From positions 9,298 to 73,297 of the forward strand of contig JBHPHU010000001.1 of NCBI GenBank assembly GCA_042571405.1: 64,000 nt of DNA, written 5' to 3'. This document shows, piece by piece, positions 58,717 to 64,000 of the stretch (position 1 is its first letter; every line of letters begins with the position of its first letter). The notes under the pieces were generated by a model. The model was given only the letters and a program-made list of their open reading frames with translations. It ran no database searches and was not told where the DNA came from. The position numbers and the translations under genes were made by a program. The stretch is from Candidatus Omnitrophota bacterium. Lineage in GTDB: Bacteria; Omnitrophota; Gorgyraeia; Gorgyraeales; Gorgyraeaceae.

Positions 58717-58995
58717 CGTCTTATCCGCTCGCGTAACTAGAGATAAAGAGAGATAATACAGAGATAAAATCCTAGTTTATCTCTGTATTCAGGAAAATAT
58801 ATATTGGATATACTTCGAAATAATCGCCAAAATAGCCCGTTACTAGAAAGTGTTAACTAAGTGGCGATTTAGAGATAAAGAGATAAGGTGGGAGTGAAAT
58901 CCCTAAAGAAGATCTTTTAGAGATAATCGAATAAATTAAGAACAAAATACCGTCGGAAAACATAGCGCCTAAGTGTTTGACGCGTTGTCAGATAC

Positions 58996-59025
58996 AAAAA
59001 TAGCCTGGCAAATTCTACCAGGCTA
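58996..59025 (-). terminator. intrinsic terminator of tRNA-Asn
   Basis: Minus sense: tagcctgg-tagaatttg-ccaggcta followed by a T-run. Confidence 0.6.
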
Positions 59026-59065
59026 TTTTGTTGTAACTCATTATATCTCAATAAGTTACGATATA

Positions 59066-59396
59066 TGGCTCCCCCGCGAGGACTCGAACCTCGGACAACG
59101 TGGTTACACTCTGACTCCGATTACTCGGAGAGTCGGACTATACCTTTGCCATAGCCATTTCTGGCTTTAGGCAGCGAGTGTCTAGTCTCTGCACCTTTCC
59201 GTCTTCGCCAAGCAACTTTCGTGCTTGGCTTCGCCGGACTTGGCTCAGGATTGACCCAATTGCTTGGGCTTTCCCTGAATTTACTCGCTTTTTCACTCCA
59301 GAGTTTCCTCTGGAGGCTGCTAACTTTTGCGAAGTTTTTGTGCACTCGCTTCGCTCGTGCAACAGCCACGCGCTCTACCAACTGAGCTACAGGGGA
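59066..59396 (-). tRNA. tRNA-Asn(GUU) interrupted by a group I intron; CCA encoded
   Basis: Exons 59362-59396 and 59066-59106 join to TCCCCTGTAGCTCAGTTGGTAGAGCGCGTGGCTGTTAACCACGTTGTCCGAGGTTCGAGTCCTCGCGGGGGAGCCA. That is 76 nt with a clean cloverleaf, and closely resembles E. coli tRNA-Asn. Confidence 0.9.
59107..59361 (-). mobile_element. group I intron (IC3-like) in the anticodon loop
   Basis: AAUCCUGAGCCAAG and GGUGCAGAGACUAGAC...CCUAAAGCC...GGCUAUGG cores match the cyanobacterial tRNA-Leu and Azoarcus tRNA-Ile introns. IGS GCAGCC pairs with the exon end GGCUGU (U.G at the splice site). The terminal residue is G. Confidence 0.85.
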
Positions 59397-59426
59397 GTGT
59401 GAATTTTGTTAAAGAACGAATATTAA

Positions 59427-61466
59427 TTATGCTACTTTACAATTAGCCTCGCACATACGTTCCAGGCGGGCCCAGTTTTCATCAATATCTTTTTGGATTT
59501 CTTCCAGGATATGTTTATTTTCTTCCTTAAAGAGATGCTTGAATCTGCCCTGGGGTTTTAAGAATTCCACGACGGGCTTACGTTGTTTTGGCTTGTATGT
59601 AAATTTCCAATTTCCATTTTCTATTTCGATCAAAGGCCAGAAACCTGTTTCAACTGCTAGTTTTGATATCTCGATCGTCTTTTCCTGCGGGAATCTCCAG
59701 CCTCTGTGACACATGGAGATCACATTTAAGAATGCCGGGCCATCTACCTTAAATGCCTTTTCTGCTTTTGTTACAAGGTCATTCCAGCTAGACGCAGAAG
59801 CTTGAGCTACATATGGGATCTTGTGAGCAGCTACTATTGTTGTGAGATCTTTTCTAAATTGCTGTTTACCAGAACTTGCCTTTCCCGCAGGCGCAGTTGT
59901 TGTCGACGCGCCTTTAGGCGTTGCACCGGAACGTTGAATCCCGGTATTGTGAACCACTATGCCATCAGCAATAAAATTATGTTCACCTTCTACCCTTAGA
60001 TCTAATGTCGGCTCTTTACCTACTAACTTTATACTTCCTACCTTTTCCATTTCGAAATATTCGTTACCTATTAAAAAATTCTGATACTTATATTGATTAG
60101 GGTATTTTTTAACATTCCATTTTTCCCTGTCACTGAAGCATACATATCCATACTTCGAATCCTTCAATAACCTCCTGTTTACACATTTTGCTCCTCTTTC
60201 CTTGACCTGCCAATGGATCTTTCCTACTCTTTTACCCATTGTCTGTAAAAATAGTCTTAGGCTCTTGAGTAAATCTTCACTTACTGAAACATAACGCCAA
60301 CTATTTCCGCATTTATACCCGTCTGAAAGCATAAGCCCTTCTACTAGCGCTTCTTTTTGTTCTATTGGCAAAGCAAATGCCCAGCCAGGAATGGTTTTAT
60401 TCTTCGCGCCAATACCAACACCCAAACTCTTTATGAAATTCCCCAAATTTACAGAATTTGCATAAACGTACTCTTCATCAACAGAATTTATCTTGCTTCC
60501 GAAAATCTTCGCGTGAATCTTTACAAGCTCTTTCCTGCCAACTGTATTTTCAGGAAGCGCAAACCCCACTTCTCCTCTTTTTTCTCTTATCCAGCCATCA
60601 CCTATATATAATCCCAGATACTTCATGAGGTCTGGACTAGAGGAACGCGGTATATTGATATCGTTTAACTTATTTACCTTATAATCGCCTTTCTTAACCT
60701 TCCTAAAATCAAATATAGCTGACTTAGAGTATCCATTTAACCCTTTTAAAGTTACTACCTCATCTCCTATCTTTACATCTTCCAGTTTCTTCCACGCAAG
60801 CCTGTTGGTCTTGCCTGTTCCGCCTCTCTTTAAAACTAAAAACGGGTGATTCGAAGTAGCTTTTATAGAATGGTGCAAAGTATTAAGCTCGTAAACATCT
60901 TTTACCCCATTATCAAAGACGCCTGAGCATTCTTTTAAAACCAATTGATGCGTCTTCTGGTCAAAGGCATATACTTTATCGCCTATTTTTATTTCAGTAA
61001 TTTTTTTAAGTCCCTTTTCCGTCATTATCATAGATGAAAGGCTCAAGCAGTTCATATAAGCTTCGTTATTATAGCAGACATATACAAAATTATGGCCGCG
61101 TTCTAGCGCGCCTGAAAGCGATTGAAGTCCTATGTCAAAGGTCCCTCCATCGCCGCCGAATGCAACGAACTTGATTTCCTTTTTGATCTTTCCTTTTTTC
61201 TTTAATGCTCGATAAGCTGTTTCAACGCCGCTTATCGTCGCCGCCACATTTTCAAATGCATTATGGATAAATGGCGTTTTCCATGCAGTATACGGGTAAA
61301 TAGTAGTTGCTACTTCGAGACATCCTGTAGACGCTCCAACTACTACAGGATCTTTTGTCCCCAGTAAGACCTGACGCACTACAATAGACGCGCCGCATCC
61401 TGCACAAAGCCTGTGTCCGCCTGATAAACGTTCCGGTTGTTTCGAAAGTTCTTTTATGTTGGCCAT
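59427..61466 (-). CDS. porB: pyruvate/2-oxoacid:ferredoxin oxidoreductase beta (TPP-binding) subunit, containing an intein
   Basis: CAGCG N-terminus, GDG-x25-NN TPP motif, and extein junction NEAYMN | TGIQRSG. Start at MANIKEL (61466) behind a GAGAGGG RBS. Confidence 0.9.
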   Translation of the reverse strand: MANIKELSKQPERLSGGHRLCAGCGASIVVRQVLLGTKDPVVVGASTGCLEVATTIYPYTAWKTPFIHNAFENVAATISGVETAYRALKKKGKIKKEIKFVAFGGDGGTFDIGLQSLSGALERGHNFVYVCYNNEAYMNCLSLSSMIMTEKGLKKITEIKIGDKVYAFDQKTHQLVLKECSGVFDNGVKDVYELNTLHHSIKATSNHPFLVLKRGGTGKTNRLAWKKLEDVKIGDEVVTLKGLNGYSKSAIFDFRKVKKGDYKVNKLNDINIPRSSSPDLMKYLGLYIGDGWIREKRGEVGFALPENTVGRKELVKIHAKIFGSKINSVDEEYVYANSVNLGNFIKSLGVGIGAKNKTIPGWAFALPIEQKEALVEGLMLSDGYKCGNSWRYVSVSEDLLKSLRLFLQTMGKRVGKIHWQVKERGAKCVNRRLLKDSKYGYVCFSDREKWNVKKYPNQYKYQNFLIGNEYFEMEKVGSIKLVGKEPTLDLRVEGEHNFIADGIVVHNTGIQRSGATPKGASTTTAPAGKASSGKQQFRKDLTTIVAAHKIPYVAQASASSWNDLVTKAEKAFKVDGPAFLNVISMCHRGWRFPQEKTIEISKLAVETGFWPLIEIENGNWKFTYKPKQRKPVVEFLKPQGRFKHLFKEENKHILEEIQKDIDENWARLERMCEANCKVA
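59946..61049 (-). mobile_element. 368-aa intein with LAGLIDADG homing-endonuclease domain
   Basis: Begins CLSLSSMIMTEKG (block A), with TSNHPF (block B). LGLYIGDGWI and VEGLMLSDGY are the LAGLIDADG motifs. Ends NFIADGIVVHN followed by Thr+1. Confidence 0.9.
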
Positions 61467-61479
61467 GTTTAACCCTCTC

Positions 61480-61514
61480 AACCTCGTAGGTTGCCTACGG
61501 CAACCTACGAGGTT
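61480..61514. repeat. GC-rich palindromic element, family 2, in the porA-porB intergenic spacer
   Basis: aacctcgtaggttgc ctacg gcaacctacgaggtt gives 15-bp perfect arms and shares ACCTCGTAGGT with the copy at 4359-4411. Confidence 0.85.
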
Positions 61515-61519
61515 AAATA

Positions 61520-62701
61520 TCACTCCCTCGAGCCTAAATAGTTTAAGGGTGTTTTTACCTTACCTGCTTTTAATGTATCCTGTAACTCTACGTAAACCTT
61601 ACTTATATCTGACGGAAAGATATCTCTTCCGCCAAGACCATATATGTAATTTGTGATCAGCGGTTTTATACCTGAATCATATAATGCTGCCTTTATCTCT
61701 GTATAAAGCGGCCCGCCTTCTGCTGAAAATGATTCGCTCCTGTCAAGGATAGCGACTGATTTTACATTCTTTAAGGCGTTTACAATTCTCTCCTTTGGAA
61801 ACGGCCTGAAAATCCTTGGCCTTAAAAGTCCCGCCTTTATGCCTTTTTGTCTTAATTCATCTATGGTAAACTTTACTGTTCCAGCTGTTGAAGACATCGC
61901 AACTATTGCAATTTCAGCGTCTTCTAATTTATATGTTTCAATAAAATCGTATTTTTTGCCAAATGTCTTTTCAAATTCATTTAATACTTCAGGAATCGCG
62001 CTCAAGGCATCCCTCATTGCTTCTCCTTGCTGGCGTTTGTGCTCAAAATAATAGTCCTGTAGGTCGAGCGGCCCGTATGTTGCAGGATTATCAACATCCA
62101 GCAAAGGATTTTCGATCTTATATTCACCGACAAAATCCTTAACTTTTTTATCATCAAGCATATCTACGCCCTCTACACCATGAGACGTTATAAAACCATC
62201 CTGGCATACCATTACAGGGAGAAGTATTTTTTTATGCTCTGCGATCCTTACCGCAAGTACTGTATTTTCATATACCTCCTGGGCATTTTCGCAGTAGATC
62301 TGTATCCAGCCTGAATCGCGTGCGCCCATTGTATCTGAATGGTCACAATGTATATTTATCGGGCCCGAAAGTGCGCGATTTACAACAGGCATTACTATAG
62401 GTAGCCTGGTTGAAGCAGCAATATATACGATCTCCCACATGAGCGCAAGACCATTCGCGGATGTCGCTGTCATAGTACGCGCCCCTGCTGCTGCCGCGCC
62501 TACGCACGCGCTCATTGCGCTATGCTCTGACTCAACATGTATCACCTCTGTTGACACCTGGCCATTCGCAACATAATTCGCAAAGCTCATAACAATCGCT
62601 GTCTGCGGCGTAATAGGATATGCAGCCACTACATCCGGCTCTATCTGCTTCATTGCATACGCAACTGCCTGATCGCCTGTTAATGGAATCTTCTTGCTCA
62701 T
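61520..62701 (-). CDS. porA: pyruvate/2-oxoacid:ferredoxin oxidoreductase alpha subunit
   Basis: 393 aa. Typical N-terminal GDQAVAYAMKQ..VVAAYPITPQT. Confidence 0.9.
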   Translation of the reverse strand: MSKKIPLTGDQAVAYAMKQIEPDVVAAYPITPQTAIVMSFANYVANGQVSTEVIHVESEHSAMSACVGAAAAGARTMTATSANGLALMWEIVYIAASTRLPIVMPVVNRALSGPINIHCDHSDTMGARDSGWIQIYCENAQEVYENTVLAVRIAEHKKILLPVMVCQDGFITSHGVEGVDMLDDKKVKDFVGEYKIENPLLDVDNPATYGPLDLQDYYFEHKRQQGEAMRDALSAIPEVLNEFEKTFGKKYDFIETYKLEDAEIAIVAMSSTAGTVKFTIDELRQKGIKAGLLRPRIFRPFPKERIVNALKNVKSVAILDRSESFSAEGGPLYTEIKAALYDSGIKPLITNYIYGLGGRDIFPSDISKVYVELQDTLKAGKVKTPLNYLGSRE

Positions 62702-62985
62702 TTTAGTTCCTTTTTCATGTCAATGCACTTTACAGGGCAGATTGACGCGCATATGCCGCAGCCTTTGCAATGCTCATAATCAAAACCAACCATCTTACTG
62801 TCTTCTACCTTTATAGAAGAATCAGGACAATATATCCAACAGAAAAGACAGTTTATGCACTTCTTTTCATTCTTCTCAGGCCTGAATGTGCGCCAGCTGC
62901 CGGTATTGTACTTTTCGGCATTGCCTGCCTCTATAATTTTTCCGCCTATTGGGATTTCTTTCCAGGATTTCTTTTGCTCAGCCAA
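62698..62985 (-). CDS. porD: oxidoreductase delta subunit (2x[4Fe-4S] ferredoxin)
   Basis: CINCLFCWIYCP and CKGCGICASICP clusters, 95 aa. Confidence 0.85.
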   Translation of the reverse strand: MAEQKKSWKEIPIGGKIIEAGNAEKYNTGSWRTFRPEKNEKKCINCLFCWIYCPDSSIKVEDSKMVGFDYEHCKGCGICASICPVKCIDMKKELK

Positions 62986-63547
62986 TTTTAACCTCGTTAT
63001 ACGCTCTTTTTATGCCTTCGAGATTTGCATTAGTCTTCTCTTCGCCAATCTTCTTCAAAAACTTCCCCTTTATTCTTTCAGAAAGCTGATCTATTGAAAC
63101 AAGAGAGTTCGCCTTTAAAAGCGCGCCGAGCATTGGCATGTTCGGCATAGGCAGCTTTAGAGTCTCAAGCGCAATCTTTGTAGCATCCACTGTTCCAACT
63201 TTGCCTTTTTTAAAATCTACCATCTTTCGTATCTCTTCAGGTGATTTATCTGTATTTACAAGAAGTATGCCGTCATCGCCCAAACCCTCTACTACATCGA
63301 TAGCTCCTATAAGTGTAGGATCTATGACAACTACCATCTCTGGATTTGTGACAGAAGAATGGATAGATATCTGTTTTTCACTTATGCGATTAAAGGCCTT
63401 CATGGGGGCGCCCGCGCGCTCAGGCCCATACTCAGGAAACGACTGTATAAACTTACCCGTGTCAAGCGCTGCTTCTCCCAAAAACTGCGAAGCTGTCTTT
63501 GCGCCCTGTCCACCTCTGCCATGCCATCTAATTTCTATCATTGCCAT
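62978..63547 (-). CDS. porG: oxidoreductase gamma subunit
   Basis: IRWHGRGGQGAKTAS N-terminus typical of gamma subunits. Confidence 0.85.
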   Translation of the reverse strand: MAMIEIRWHGRGGQGAKTASQFLGEAALDTGKFIQSFPEYGPERAGAPMKAFNRISEKQISIHSSVTNPEMVVVIDPTLIGAIDVVEGLGDDGILLVNTDKSPEEIRKMVDFKKGKVGTVDATKIALETLKLPMPNMPMLGALLKANSLVSIDQLSERIKGKFLKKIGEEKTNANLEGIKRAYNEVKIG

Positions 63548-63611
63548 AATTGTTCCTTATTTTGAGAAAACGTCTTATTATTGTATAATCCAGAGCCTCT
63601 TTTGTCAAGTG

Positions 63612-64000
63612 CTAGATTGACTGGCGACCTTCAAGGGCTTTTACGAGGGTTGCCTGATCTATGTAGTCTAAATTCCCGCCTACTGGAATGCCGTACGCGA
63701 TCCTGCTTATTTTGACTTTAAGAGGTTTAAGTTCCTTCGAGAGATAAAGCGCTGTTGTCTCTCCTTCAGCATCTGAATCAGTAGCAAGGATAATCTCGCC
63801 CACCTTATCCTCTTTAACGCGATTTAAAAGCTCTTTTATTCTCAAATCATCTGGCCCTATGCCGTCTAAGGGAGCAATTGAGCCTAAAAGAACGTGAAAT
63901 GTTCCCTTATACTGGCCTGACTTTTCTATTACAATAAGATCCTTTGGTTCTTCCACCACACATATAATGCCTTTATCCCTGCGCGCGTCACTACAGATAG
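63612..64000 (-). CDS. recR: recombination protein RecR, 5' end outside window
   Basis: Toprim segment EIILATDSDAEGETTALYL and C-terminal GIPVGGNLDYID. The frame stays open to the window edge. Confidence 0.9.
   Translation of the reverse strand, partial: ICSDARRDKGIICVVEEPKDLIVIEKSGQYKGTFHVLLGSIAPLDGIGPDDLRIKELLNRVKEDKVGEIILATDSDAEGETTALYLSKELKPLKVKISRIAYGIPVGGNLDYIDQATLVKALEGRQSI

Noticed and set aside
58736-58930. Possible CRISPR-like array
   Set aside because: The repeats are only 8-9 nt, irregularly spaced and in both orientations, and no cas genes are present.
58977-58990. GACGCGTTGTC match to the family-1 palindrome core
   Set aside because: This is only a single 11-nt half-site with no inverted partner. 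It is too short to call a degraded copy.
59121-59402. ORFs of 74-86 aa on both strands
   Set aside because: They are entirely inside the group I intron and tRNA-Asn exons, so they are a structured RNA and not coding.
61467-61523. 19-aa N-terminal extension of PorB (GTG start at 61523)
   Set aside because: The extension is a read-through of the intergenic palindrome. A good RBS precedes MANIKEL at 61466, and that N-terminus matches beta subunits.

Overview
AT-rich bacterial window of about 55 real genes, probably from an uncultivated anaerobe: it carries a pyruvate/2-oxoacid:ferredoxin oxidoreductase operon and many radical-SAM and 4Fe-4S proteins. All calls come from reading motifs by eye; no database search was run. 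From 0 to 43 kb the content is mostly housekeeping and metabolic. It includes HD-GYP, DUF362/4Fe-4S pairs, nitroreductases, a KamA-like aminomutase, a Ski2-like helicase, an APC permease-EIIA fusion and a Na/Pi-PhoU pair. It also includes HflKC, homospermidine synthase plus an ODC-type decarboxylase, GTP-PEPCK, a glycan cluster, TypA and MacAB-TolC. From 43.0 to 59.4 kb lies an accessory array of short, mostly minus-strand gene units. These carry two-component genes, two Fic proteins, Fur, a PTPS-like protein, a hydrolase, small secreted proteins and an MNT/HEPN pair. Each unit is closed by a conserved ~36-nt element that mimics the 3' exon of the adjacent tRNA-Asn, followed by an intrinsic terminator. 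No integrase is visible in the window. This array is the best candidate for an undescribed system. Other notable items: (1) tRNA-Asn(GUU) is split by a 255-nt IC3-type group I intron. (2) The TPP-binding beta subunit (PorB) carries a 368-aa LAGLIDADG intein. (3) Two families of GC-rich perfect palindromes occur, four of five copies translated in frame inside CDSs, in the manner of Rickettsia palindromic elements. (4) Three GC-rich hairpin-bounded non-coding elements (13398-13601, 13625-13940, 55843-56069) have no family assignment. (5) A PAS sensor gene is split at an A9 run. No rRNA or CRISPR array was seen.
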